In this document: piece after piece, positions 20,074 through 29,211 of the stretch | How positions within the stretch are numbered: position 1 is the first letter of the stretch | How the letters are laid out: each line of letters begins with the position of its first letter | From: Nitrososphaeria archaeon | GTDB lineage: Archaea; Thermoproteota; Nitrososphaeria; JACIWG01 | Assembly: GCA_963752255.1 (NCBI GenBank) | Contig: CAVVXT010000019.1 | Span: forward strand, 544,635-608,634 | Length of the DNA: 64,000 nt | Direction of reading: 5' to 3' | Translations under genes and position numbers: made by a program | The notes under the pieces: model-generated | Database searches by the model: none | The model's input: only the letters and a program-made list of their open reading frames with translations | Told to the model about the DNA's origin: nothing

Positions 20074-20105
20074 GTTTTTTGGTTGATTTTAAGGGAATAA
20101 AAAGG

Positions 20106-20777
20106 TTATTTGCCTATGTTTTCGAAGTAATTTCTGTATCTTTTCCATGAAGTATCAAGCAATGATCTTATTTCTCTTGCTCTTTTAGGCCCTAAGCCTT
20201 TAATTTTTGCAAGTTTGTCGGTAGAGGCTAGGAAAACTTCCTTGGGGGAACCAAACTGCTCCAGAAGCCTAGTGGCAATCGTTTTTCCCACACTTGGCAG
20301 AGAAGAAATAACGTAAACCTGTTGGTCTATGAAGCTTTCTTTCTTTGCATGTTTTATGGAGTAAGAGGGCTTTCTAGAAAATTGTTTAGCTAATGAAGAC
20401 AGCACAACAGCTGTTTCTCTTTCAGAAGGTACATTGATCAAATTAATCCTATAGATCAGCAGAAGGGACACTAATGCACCGTATACTGACTTCGGATTTT
20501 GAACGTATGCCTCAATTTCGTTGTAGTTCCCTTCAACTATCAGAAAAGGTGAAGAATAATTTGATGAGAGACGGTCTACCTGTTGAAATAGGCGGCCATC
20601 AAATAGAGAGGAAATAAAATCGTGTAGAGTCTTCCTTTCAACAGCTATTTCAGGGTTTATAATGTAATCACCAATTTCCAAAAATTTGAATTCAACTCTG
20701 ATACCCATTTCCTTTAACAGAAATGGCACCGTAGATTTGGACTCTCTGTGATCCACGATGATGTAACTCATACCCAT
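20106..20777 (-). CDS. xpf: Short XPF (ERCC4) structure-specific nuclease
   Basis: VDHRE, GDY, ERKTLHDF, tandem HhH at the C-terminus. Confidence 0.9.
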   Translation of the reverse strand: MGMSYIIVDHRESKSTVPFLLKEMGIRVEFKFLEIGDYIINPEIAVERKTLHDFISSLFDGRLFQQVDRLSSNYSSPFLIVEGNYNEIEAYVQNPKSVYGALVSLLLIYRINLINVPSERETAVVLSSLAKQFSRKPSYSIKHAKKESFIDQQVYVISSLPSVGKTIATRLLEQFGSPKEVFLASTDKLAKIKGLGPKRAREIRSLLDTSWKRYRNYFENIGK

Positions 20778-20780
20778 CTG

Positions 20781-21515
20781 CTATATGTGCAAGAAGTATA
20801 CTAGTATTATAAACTGTATTATGAAAATCAAACATAGAAAAGAAGCCATGTAATCCCTTTTCCTAAGATGCAAAGAATAATATGATGTCTTTTTCTTGGA
20901 GAAACCGTACGCCCTTGACTCCATTGCTTCAGCAAGCTCTTCACTTCTGATTATTGACTGAACTATCAAAGGAACCAGAACAGGAAGATAGTTCCTTATT
21001 CTCTTCGTAATGTTACCTTTTTCTATTTCTAGACCCCTTGATTTTTGGGAATCCAAGATCTGAAGTGCATCAAGCATTATTACAGGGACAAATCGTACCG
21101 CGGTCACAAAAGCAAAAATCAGATCATATGGTAAACGTAATGATTTCATTACAAGCTCAAGTTCGTCGGGAGATGTGGTTAAGAAGAATATAGAAGAAGA
21201 AGAGACCACAGAGACGAATCTTAAGGATACTATTACGGAGAAGAGTATGTTATATCCAACCAATACATTTATTATAAATATCATAACTAAAAAGGAAGCC
21301 GAAAAAACTATTGTCTTAGCCATCCTCTTAATAACCTTAGAGACAAGTCCTATGAGGAGGATTATTGATAGGATTACAATAAATTCTAGTATCGTGTTAC
21401 TTAATAATGATAGTGAAAACAGCATTATTGAGACAAACAATTTGATCCTCGGATCAAGTGAATGGAAAGGGCTTTTCTGACTTCGGTAGATTAAGCCTTG
21501 AGCAAGCCAGAACAA
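20781..21515 (-). CDS. ecfT: ECF transporter transmembrane T component
   Basis: LDPRIKL, SQKSRG, AEAMESRAY. Confidence 0.9.
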   Translation of the reverse strand: MFWLAQGLIYRSQKSPFHSLDPRIKLFVSIMLFSLSLLSNTILEFIVILSIILLIGLVSKVIKRMAKTIVFSASFLVMIFIINVLVGYNILFSVIVSLRFVSVVSSSSIFFLTTSPDELELVMKSLRLPYDLIFAFVTAVRFVPVIMLDALQILDSQKSRGLEIEKGNITKRIRNYLPVLVPLIVQSIIRSEELAEAMESRAYGFSKKKTSYYSLHLRKRDYMASFLCLIFIIQFIILVYFLHI

Positions 21516-21517
21516 TA

Positions 21518-22339
21518 TTACGTACCCTCCTTGAAAAGATTTAAGAGAACGGTTCTTGATTCAAGAACGTCTATCGGAGGACTTGAGATCAAAGGGGAAA
21601 GCTCTTCTTGGAGCTCAACGAACTGAGGATCTATTATTTCGCATCTTTCTAGAGAATCTTTGTCCTTGAAGACGTTAATACATTTATCGTCTTTGACCAC
21701 TTCACCGTTAGACAACAAAACCGATCTCGGTTGCAGAAGCCATACGAATTCGACATCGTGCGATACTATTATAACCGATTTATTCTGTGTAATCAACATC
21801 TTGATAACTTCCCTAAGTTTTTCCTTTTGAAGAAAATCTTGGCCAACTGTAGGCTCGTCTAGAATAACATAATCTGGATTCCAAGCTAGAACGGATGCTA
21901 GACATAACCTCTTCTTTTCGCCACCACTTAGGAGGAGCGGAGAGGTGTCTTTATATTGTGTTAAGTTAAAAAACTCTAGAGCCCATTTAACCCTCTTCTT
22001 TATAACCTCTTCTTCTAAGTTAAAGTTCTTCAGTGCAAAGGCTAATTCATTCCAAACTGTATCAGAAAATATCTGATGTCCAGGATTTTGAAAAACCAGA
22101 CCAACCCTCTTTGAGAGGGAAGCCACTGATTCATTACGGGTATCTTTCCCAAAAACCTTGACTGAACCTTCATTAGGCTTGAGCAAACCATTGAAATGCT
22201 TTATAAGAGTAGTTTTTCCAGAACCATTGCTGCCCATTATAGCAACAGCTTCACCTAAACCAATTTTTAGATTAATGTTCTTTAAGATGTTATCTTTTGC
22301 CATCGGATACTTGAAGTAGAGAGAATCGATTTCTATCAT
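21518..22339 (-). CDS. ECF transporter ATPase
   Basis: GSNGSGKT, FQNP, LSGGEKKR, LDEPT. Confidence 0.9.
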   Translation of the reverse strand: MIEIDSLYFKYPMAKDNILKNINLKIGLGEAVAIMGSNGSGKTTLIKHFNGLLKPNEGSVKVFGKDTRNESVASLSKRVGLVFQNPGHQIFSDTVWNELAFALKNFNLEEEVIKKRVKWALEFFNLTQYKDTSPLLLSGGEKKRLCLASVLAWNPDYVILDEPTVGQDFLQKEKLREVIKMLITQNKSVIIVSHDVEFVWLLQPRSVLLSNGEVVKDDKCINVFKDKDSLERCEIIDPQFVELQEELSPLISSPPIDVLESRTVLLNLFKEGT

Positions 22340-23196
22340 TTACTAGAAACCTCTTCTTTTACCATTTTGGCAAAGTCTTTAACATTCAAACAAAAATTTG
22401 GTAGTTTTATTTGAGATTCAGAAAGACTGTTTTGCAGCGCTATTATCGGAGGAACAGAGACACCGTAAAGATACAAATCTTTCAGCTTTATTATGTCTCT
22501 TAAAGAACCGTCATGCATGATCTTTCCATTATCCATAACGATAATTCTGTCCGCAACATTTGTAAGTAAGTCGATTCTGTGTTCTACAACAATTACTGTT
22601 ATACCAAGTTCTACGTTCAACCTTTTCAGTGTAAGAATAAATTCGTAGGCCGTTCGGGGATCTAAAAGGGAGGTAGGTTCATCGAGTATCAATATCTTCG
22701 GATTCATAACAAGCGTTCCTGCAATCGCAACCCTCTGTTTCTGTCCATCCGATAGCTCGTAAGGAGCTCGATATTTTAATTGCTCTATATTTAATGTCTT
22801 TAGAACCCAAGAAATTCGTCTACTTATTTCTTCCTTATCAACCCCTATGTTCTCTAGGCCAAAGACGATGTCCTTTTCGACACTAAACATAAAAATCTGG
22901 TTTTCAGGGTTCTGAAAGACAAAACCAACCTTCGTCGCTAACTCACTAACACTTTTTTCAGACACAATTTCCCCGTCTACGATGACCTTACCCTGATATA
23001 CTCCATTGTATAAATGAGGGATAAGACCATTAACACATCTCAATAGAGTTGACTTTCCACAACCGCTTGGGCCTACTAATAGGACAAACTCACCTTCATT
23101 AATTTCCAAATTGATATTCTTCAGAATAGGGGTGGATGATCCTAGATAGGAAAAGCTGAAGTCGACAAACTGTATTGAGGGGGCCAACGTTTCCAC
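22336..23196 (-). CDS. ECF transporter ATPase
   Basis: GPSGCGKST, FQNPENQ, LSDGQKQR, LDEPT. Confidence 0.9.
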   Translation of the reverse strand: METLAPSIQFVDFSFSYLGSSTPILKNINLEINEGEFVLLVGPSGCGKSTLLRCVNGLIPHLYNGVYQGKVIVDGEIVSEKSVSELATKVGFVFQNPENQIFMFSVEKDIVFGLENIGVDKEEISRRISWVLKTLNIEQLKYRAPYELSDGQKQRVAIAGTLVMNPKILILDEPTSLLDPRTAYEFILTLKRLNVELGITVIVVEHRIDLLTNVADRIIVMDNGKIMHDGSLRDIIKLKDLYLYGVSVPPIIALQNSLSESQIKLPNFCLNVKDFAKMVKEEVSSK

Positions 23197-23230
23197 ATAG
23201 CAGACAAAAATACAATATAAAAGGATATTA

Positions 23231-24244
23231 CTATTTTAATGGTAGTTTACTTATTTTTTTCGATAACATGTTCTCAATTAAATTAAGAGTTGTCGAAATA
23301 AACTCGTTTTCATCGGATTGAATATTAAAGGAAGAGGCTAGCCTGTGACCTCCCCCAACACCATTAAATTTCTTCCCAAGAGTTTCGGCTAGAACGTTTA
23401 GTGTGACCAGTTCGTTCCTACCTACTTCGATAGAGCATCTGATACTTCCTTTAAGAAGACTGTCCTCTTTCCCATAAGCTATTACAATATCACAGCCTGC
23501 GCCAACGAGAAAATTTGCGACTGATACATGGAATGATCCGACCTTGACAATAGCTACTATTATTTCGCCGGCTTCATATAGACTGAGTCTTGATAGTGAT
23601 TTCAGTTTAGCGATAACCTCCGAGCGATCATGTTTATGTGTGAGAAGACTTTGACCCCAATCTAATCTAGCCCCCGATTCTATTAAAAATGAAACGTTTT
23701 TTATAGTCTCTTCATGCGCCACCAGAAGATGCCTCGTATCGAAAAGGACCCCTAATAAAAGGAGGTTTGACATATCAGATGGAAGAGTGACAGAATACTT
23801 CCTAAATAATGTGAGAACCATTTCAGAAGAAGAGGTAGTCTCTTGATTAACATAAAGGTAATTGTAAAAGAACTTACTTTCTTCCTGTATTGGATGATGG
23901 TCTATTAATAGCTTTTGAGCCACAGTATCTTTTAGAATTTCAAAGTACTCGTCTAGTAGTTTAGGAGAACCAGTGTCAACCACGATTATAAAGTCAGATT
24001 TGTCGAAGACCTTTGTTTCTGACGATTCTACTAAGAAGTACTTCCTAAGATCTTCAGCTTTAGAGTCTAAACCGCAGGGAAATATGAAACCAATTTGTAT
24101 CGATGGCTTCTTTTTCTTTAAAAGAAAATTTAAGGCATATGTTGCGCAGAAAGCGTCCACATCGCCAAGCCTATGTGTAACAATGAAAACCCTCTTAACT
24201 GTCAGTAATTCAAGACGATCTATATTCGAAAAAAGAGATTCCAT
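23231..24244 (-). CDS. DHH/DHHA1 family phosphoesterase
   Basis: HRLGDVDA, IDHH, GGGH. Confidence 0.85.
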   Translation of the reverse strand: MESLFSNIDRLELLTVKRVFIVTHRLGDVDAFCATYALNFLLKKKKPSIQIGFIFPCGLDSKAEDLRKYFLVESSETKVFDKSDFIIVVDTGSPKLLDEYFEILKDTVAQKLLIDHHPIQEESKFFYNYLYVNQETTSSSEMVLTLFRKYSVTLPSDMSNLLLLGVLFDTRHLLVAHEETIKNVSFLIESGARLDWGQSLLTHKHDRSEVIAKLKSLSRLSLYEAGEIIVAIVKVGSFHVSVANFLVGAGCDIVIAYGKEDSLLKGSIRCSIEVGRNELVTLNVLAETLGKKFNGVGGGHRLASSFNIQSDENEFISTTLNLIENMLSKKISKLPLK

Positions 24245-24246
24245 GC

Positions 24247-24618
24247 TTAGCTTTCTTTCAAACCCTGATCAGGCTGATTTGAAAGTGCACCACTTATTTT
24301 GCTTTGAATTTCAGCAAGACTTTGTTTAAGCTTCTCTTCTTGCCTAGTCAAGATTGTTGTTCTTGTCTTGTCTAGCTCCAATTTTTCTTCTAGCTCCTTA
24401 AGAAGATCATCTTTGTTAACCTTAATCAATACCTGACCTGAAAATCTGTACGTGAGATCTTCAGCTGCCGTCTTCTTTAGTTCATTTAGAGCGTGTTCGA
24501 CATCGTTGATTTCTAGTTCGACCTGCCTCTTCTGTATCTGAACCGATTGAAGGTTTCTCTGTGTTTCTTCAAATCTTGCAAGCCTTTCTTTTAACCATGG
24601 AGGGATTTCTTCACTCAT
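24247..24618 (-). CDS. pfdB: Prefoldin beta subunit
   Basis: Coiled coil with central YRFSGQVLIK hairpin; position in the exosome superoperon. Confidence 0.9.
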   Translation of the reverse strand: MSEEIPPWLKERLARFEETQRNLQSVQIQKRQVELEINDVEHALNELKKTAAEDLTYRFSGQVLIKVNKDDLLKELEEKLELDKTRTTILTRQEEKLKQSLAEIQSKISGALSNQPDQGLKES

Positions 24619-24634
24619 GCCATATCACCAAATT

Positions 24635-24847
24635 CTATAGTTCGTAAGCTCCACCTGCAACGACGTAACCACATTTTTTACACGCCCATATACCAGTATT
24701 AGTTCTCTTAAATCTTTCAGAACCACATGATGGGCACTGCCTAACTTGCCTGAGAACAGTTATAACCTTAGAAGTGCGTTTTCTGACAGTAGAACCGTAG
24801 CGTGGACCTAGTCCTTTAGTGCTTCTTGGTGTTTTTGCTTTAGGCAG
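24635..24847 (-). CDS. rpl37ae: 50S ribosomal protein L37Ae (eL43), apparent CTG start; absent from ORF track
   Basis: Manual translation PKAKTPRSTKGLGPRYGSTVRKR...CPSCG...TGIWACKKCGYVVAGGAYEL*. Confidence 0.92.
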   Translation of the reverse strand: MPKAKTPRSTKGLGPRYGSTVRKRTSKVITVLRQVRQCPSCGSERFKRTNTGIWACKKCGYVVAGGAYEL

Positions 24848-25655
24848 TCTCCATCACTTTCTTAATCATCAACAGTATTTCTTCTGCTTTAGCCTTGGAA
24901 ATGCTAACTATTTTAAATAACTGTTCCACAGAAAGACCATTAGATCCGCCTTTTTGCCCTGCGCATATATGTCCTTGTTCATCGAAGGTTATTGTCATCC
25001 TAGAATCAAGTACAGAATCTTCTTCTGCAGTTGGGTCAAGTATTATGTTATCGCCGATTGTTATTGATGTAACAGACACTGGGATCGTACGCAATGGCAA
25101 CGATACCTTCTGGGTTTCTTCTGTTCCATCCTCCTTCACTATCTTCTTATCAAATTTCGCGGTAGCAATCGACAAAGCGGCTGCTATGAAAGCTACATCA
25201 AAGAGGTTTCCATCCATGTTCAATATATCTACATCAACGAATACACAGTTGACTAATTTCCCTGTTTCTATCACTAAAGCTTTCAGGTCCATCATTTGGG
25301 ATTCCCTTATTCCACGATCCACTACCCTTGAAACTTCTATTGAATCTTCGTCGGGTGGACCAGGTTCGATCAACGGGGAAGATAATGGAAGAAATTCTGC
25401 GTTGACCACTAAGAGACCCTGATCTGGTGTATCAGGGAAAGGTGTCCCAGTTTCTATTTTGACTCCCGCAATTACCTTTGTATTACCTATAGATACTTCT
25501 GCTGAGCCATTAGCCTTCTGTATTGGATTCAGCTTTACCGTAATTGGACGATATTCATTAAACGCTCTTCCATCAACTCTTTTCTGCTTTGACATTAGAT
25601 CAAGCATTTGTGTCTTTCTTAGGTTCTCTACTATTGGAGATTTTTTAAGAGACAT
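24840..25655 (-). CDS. rrp42: Exosome subunit Rrp42
   Basis: RVDGR, GTPFPDTP, RVVDRGIRES. Confidence 0.95.
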   Translation of the reverse strand: MSLKKSPIVENLRKTQMLDLMSKQKRVDGRAFNEYRPITVKLNPIQKANGSAEVSIGNTKVIAGVKIETGTPFPDTPDQGLLVVNAEFLPLSSPLIEPGPPDEDSIEVSRVVDRGIRESQMMDLKALVIETGKLVNCVFVDVDILNMDGNLFDVAFIAAALSIATAKFDKKIVKEDGTEETQKVSLPLRTIPVSVTSITIGDNIILDPTAEEDSVLDSRMTITFDEQGHICAGQKGGSNGLSVEQLFKIVSISKAKAEEILLMIKKVMETA

Positions 25656-26375
25656 TTATTTTTCCTCTCCTAATTTAAAGTACTTTTCTGTTAACGCGTT
25701 CCTTAAGATTTCATAGACTTTCTTGTTTCCTATAATCGCTAGTTCGATAGCCTTCTTGAACTCCTCTTCAGTGAATATTCCATCAAATTGGAGTAGGGTA
25801 ATCCTATCTAGATTTGGCATATATGCAACAGGAATATCACCCTGACCTTCCTTGTCTTCCTTATCGCTTAAGTCCAAGATTATTTGATCATCTGCCTTTC
25901 CTACGGCACAACCAACTACTAGATCTTTCATAGCTATACCACTATCTGCTAAAGCAGCAGATACCGCTGTAATACTAGCACATCGGGAACCACCATCAGA
26001 CTGAAGAACTTCAACATAGACGTCAATTATTGACCTCGGATACTCTTCTAGGAAGACAGTGCATTCCATGGCTCTGCGTAAAACTAGCGAAATTTCAATT
26101 TCTCTTCTTGTTGGTTGTGGCGGCTTCCTTTCTTCCGTGGAAAACGGTGACATATGATATCTGCATCTAATGAACGCCTTATCTGGAAGAGAAAGGTGTT
26201 TTGGATGCGCTTCTCGAGGTCCATAAACTGCAGCGATAATCTTATTATGGCCGAATTCTATGCTCGCTGAACCATCCGCATTCTTTATTACTCCTACCTC
26301 AATCTTTACAGGTCTTAGTTCGTCTAACTTACGCCCATCAAGGCGTATACCTTTTTCGTCGATCAATTCTCCCAT
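25656..26375 (-). CDS. rrp41: Exosome subunit Rrp41
   Basis: RLDGR, YGPRE, RREIEIS, DGGSRCA. Confidence 0.95.
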   Translation of the reverse strand: MGELIDEKGIRLDGRKLDELRPVKIEVGVIKNADGSASIEFGHNKIIAAVYGPREAHPKHLSLPDKAFIRCRYHMSPFSTEERKPPQPTRREIEISLVLRRAMECTVFLEEYPRSIIDVYVEVLQSDGGSRCASITAVSAALADSGIAMKDLVVGCAVGKADDQIILDLSDKEDKEGQGDIPVAYMPNLDRITLLQFDGIFTEEEFKKAIELAIIGNKKVYEILRNALTEKYFKLGEEK

Positions 26376-26376
26376 G

Positions 26377-27054
26377 TTAAACATCCTCTTTTGACAATAA
26401 TTCATTAATCATATTTGTAAGGGAAGCGACGTGCGACTTTTCTTCTATCAATCGAATAGCTTTAATTGCTAAGACTATTCCGTCAGGAGGACCTTGAACA
26501 ATTATAATACCATTCTGTCCGATGAATAGCTTTGTCTTTGTCTTTGATTCGATGATTTTAGCCATCGAACCCTTTTTGCCGATTAGCCGTGGAATCTTCG
26601 AAGAAGAAAGCTTGACAGGCTCACCTTTTACTACTTTACCGAGTCCAGGTTCGCGGATCGTCAACAACGGATCCCTTGTCCTATCATATGTTACAATCTT
26701 TGCGATCATCATGTCACCGACTCTAAACTGTTCAGTTAAAGAATTTGATACAGATGAGAAATTTCTTCCAAAGACATCTTGTGCTGGAAGATGAGCCATA
26801 TACAAGGAGTTGATGTCGACATCCCAGGTAAAAGCATTAAGATCGACTACAGTCCCGATAACGAAATCATCTATCCGTGGAATATAGGTCCCTGAGAGAG
26901 GAATGAACTTTACTTCTTTATCTTCAACTTCCGCTAGTCCGACCTTTAATGAGTAGAGTTTGTTTCCAATCCTATAAGTGTTAAAGGGTAGAGGCCCTGG
27001 AGGTACGTCTCCAATGAGATCACCAGGTAGAACTTTTGACCGAACAACCGTCAT
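26377..27054 (-). CDS. rrp4: Exosome RNA-binding subunit Rrp4
   Basis: S1 + KH domains (YIPRIDDFVIG, PRLIGKKGSM, GQNG). Confidence 0.95.
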   Translation of the reverse strand: MTVVRSKVLPGDLIGDVPPGPLPFNTYRIGNKLYSLKVGLAEVEDKEVKFIPLSGTYIPRIDDFVIGTVVDLNAFTWDVDINSLYMAHLPAQDVFGRNFSSVSNSLTEQFRVGDMMIAKIVTYDRTRDPLLTIREPGLGKVVKGEPVKLSSSKIPRLIGKKGSMAKIIESKTKTKLFIGQNGIIIVQGPPDGIVLAIKAIRLIEEKSHVASLTNMINELLSKEDV

Positions 27055-27061
27055 TTTAGAA

Positions 27062-27757
27062 TCACTTCCTCGCCACCACGTTAACTTCGGTTTCACCTTT
27101 TGTTAGTGAACCAAGCTTCTCGATAAGGGCAGGATGTAAACCGGCTGGAATTTCTAGTTCAACCGTATATGAGCCGTCAGGAAGCCAATGTTCTTTAGAG
27201 AGTTTTCCAAAAGACTTGAGGAGACCAATGGACTTGGATGAATACTGAGCAGGAACCTTTATTTGAAGAATTACATTCTGTGATTTTAATGGCATTATTG
27301 GACGCAGCGCGTCCACAACATTCTGAAGTTGTTCTTCTGCAGGGCGGAATGGATCTATTGACAAATGAACCTGTTCTAGAGCCTGTTCAAATCTGGTTGG
27401 TGGATGAGGAGAATTCGTTCTTGGATCAACGAAATTTTTCGACAGTATTGCAATTATTGCCTTCTTCTTTTCTTCTATAAGCTTCCTTCTTTGCTCTAAA
27501 GTTAGTTGAAGCTCGCCCTTTTTAAGGATGGTTTCTGCAATAGTATAGAAATCAGTGGTATGAAAAACCTTTTTTAGTTTATCTTCAGAAATACGCAGCC
27601 CCTTAGCTGAATCTGAGAATACCTCTTCTATACCTATTATTTGGGAGAGCTCTAAGGGTTTACCTGTTTTATAGTTAAGAGCTGGATCGGGACGGACAAG
27701 GAGCTCAAAACGTTCCCCATCCACTGTCAAGCGGACACTTGTAAATTTACTACTCAT
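27062..27757 (-). CDS. Ribosome maturation factor SBDS/Sdo1
   Basis: GERFELLV, KGELQLT, DPRTNSPHPPTR. Confidence 0.95.
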   Translation of the reverse strand: MSSKFTSVRLTVDGERFELLVRPDPALNYKTGKPLELSQIIGIEEVFSDSAKGLRISEDKLKKVFHTTDFYTIAETILKKGELQLTLEQRRKLIEEKKKAIIAILSKNFVDPRTNSPHPPTRFEQALEQVHLSIDPFRPAEEQLQNVVDALRPIMPLKSQNVILQIKVPAQYSSKSIGLLKSFGKLSKEHWLPDGSYTVELEIPAGLHPALIEKLGSLTKGETEVNVVARK

Positions 27758-27769
27758 TCCTTTTACACC

Positions 27770-28501
27770 TTATGGAGGGTTGAATTTTTCCTTGGCCATT
27801 GCTGCAAACTTCATAGCTTCTTCCTCCGTATATCTCCTAAGTTTCTTAGTTTTATTATCTATAGAAGCTATCCTTATGTGACTGACGCTTGCCTTATCCT
27901 CGCTCACTAAATAAATCGATTTAACAGACAGAACAGCCAATTCTTCAATGGACATCGAGGTATTAAAGTTGGTTTCGAGAAATTGGGTTACTTGGTCAGA
28001 GCCAGCTCCTATGGATACAGCTTCGTATTGTAGATAGCTTCCACTGGGGTCAACTAGAAAAACAGAGGAGCCTCTTCTATCAACTCCAGCTATTATTAGC
28101 GAAACACCAAAGGGGCGAACACCCGCGTATTGCGTGAATTCCTGTGTTAAGTCACCTAGATACTTAGCTACTGATTCAACGTCAACAGATTCGTCGTAAA
28201 GAAGATGATTAGATTGAGAGAAGACTCGTGCTTTATCCACTAAAACCCTTGCGTCTGGTACGTATCCGGCTGCGGCAACTCCCACATGATCGTCTACTTG
28301 AAAAATCTTTTGTGAAAGAGTTGGAGTTTGAAGTTTGCGTGTTCTTTCTTCCACAGCTAATATTACTCCATCAACTCCACGCAAGCCAAGAGCTATTGTA
28401 CCTCTCCTAACCGTCTCTAAAGCATATTCCACTTGATATAGGCGTCCATCAGGCGAAAATATTGTTAACGCCCGATCGTAGCCTGCCGAAGGTCCGAAAA
28501 T
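27770..28501 (-). CDS. psmA: Proteasome alpha subunit, apparent ATT start
   Basis: Frame extends upstream of the ORF call with FGPSAGYDRALTIFSPDGRLYQVEY; GVRPFGVSL. Confidence 0.93.
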   Translation of the reverse strand: MFGPSAGYDRALTIFSPDGRLYQVEYALETVRRGTIALGLRGVDGVILAVEERTRKLQTPTLSQKIFQVDDHVGVAAAGYVPDARVLVDKARVFSQSNHLLYDESVDVESVAKYLGDLTQEFTQYAGVRPFGVSLIIAGVDRRGSSVFLVDPSGSYLQYEAVSIGAGSDQVTQFLETNFNTSMSIEELAVLSVKSIYLVSEDKASVSHIRIASIDNKTKKLRRYTEEEAMKFAAMAKEKFNPP

Positions 28502-28595
28502 ATTCCTACACCTCTTTTTTTCTAAACAGTAGTCTTCTAAAACGTATGTTTAAACCTTTTTATTTTAACCATCCAATCAAAATGAAGAAAATATT

Positions 28596-28666
28596 TTGGT
28601 CAGTGTAGTTGTTAATTCTTCAATGCCTTCAAGGCTCAGTCTGGGACGGCTTGCACTTCATCCCAA
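28596..28666 (-). ncRNA. C/D box guide sRNA candidate
   Basis: TTGG-GATGA...CTGA-(GCCT-TGA-AGGC hairpin)-TGAAGA...CTGA-CCAA; TTTAAA about 24 nt upstream. Confidence 0.75.
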
Positions 28667-28690
28667 GTCTTTAATAGTCATGATAACAAT

Positions 28691-29152
28691 TTAAAGGTTT
28701 CCCTCTGCATCATCAGAGTCTAAAATTAATTTCTTGTAAAAATCAGACGCCTCTGTTAAATATCTCACCCTAGGTTTAAATTTGAAATGGAAGGTGTTAG
28801 ACCCATTAATTCTAAATCGATCCTCAAAGAGACTTGATTTGTCCAACCTCACGTACAGAGACTTTGTTGAATCAATATTCTGAGAGATATCTTCTAACAA
28901 CTTTTTTTTATCGTTAGAGGACAACTTTTTAAAAATTATATTAAAAATGTTCTGCGCCAAGGCATCTGTTATTGTAGCATTATATTTGGAAATAGGATTA
29001 CCGTGATATCCTTCAAAAACTGTTTTAAAAAAGGCAGATTCTTCAATACCAAAATTATTTTTCAGAATACCTAAAAGTTTCTTCTCATCTTCTGTAGCGT
29101 GAACACTAAACGACATTTCCAAAACCACCATATTTTTGTGCTTCTGTCCCAT
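28691..29152 (-). CDS. Exosome-operon associated RNA-binding protein (DUF54-like)
   Basis: VHATEDEKK, GYHGNPI, LYVRLDK. Confidence 0.85.
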   Translation of the reverse strand: MGQKHKNMVVLEMSFSVHATEDEKKLLGILKNNFGIEESAFFKTVFEGYHGNPISKYNATITDALAQNIFNIIFKKLSSNDKKKLLEDISQNIDSTKSLYVRLDKSSLFEDRFRINGSNTFHFKFKPRVRYLTEASDFYKKLILDSDDAEGNL

Positions 29153-29211
29153 CTTTAATTCGCTGATTACTATAAACATAAATAAATAAATTTTTAACCC
29201 AAAATGAACAA

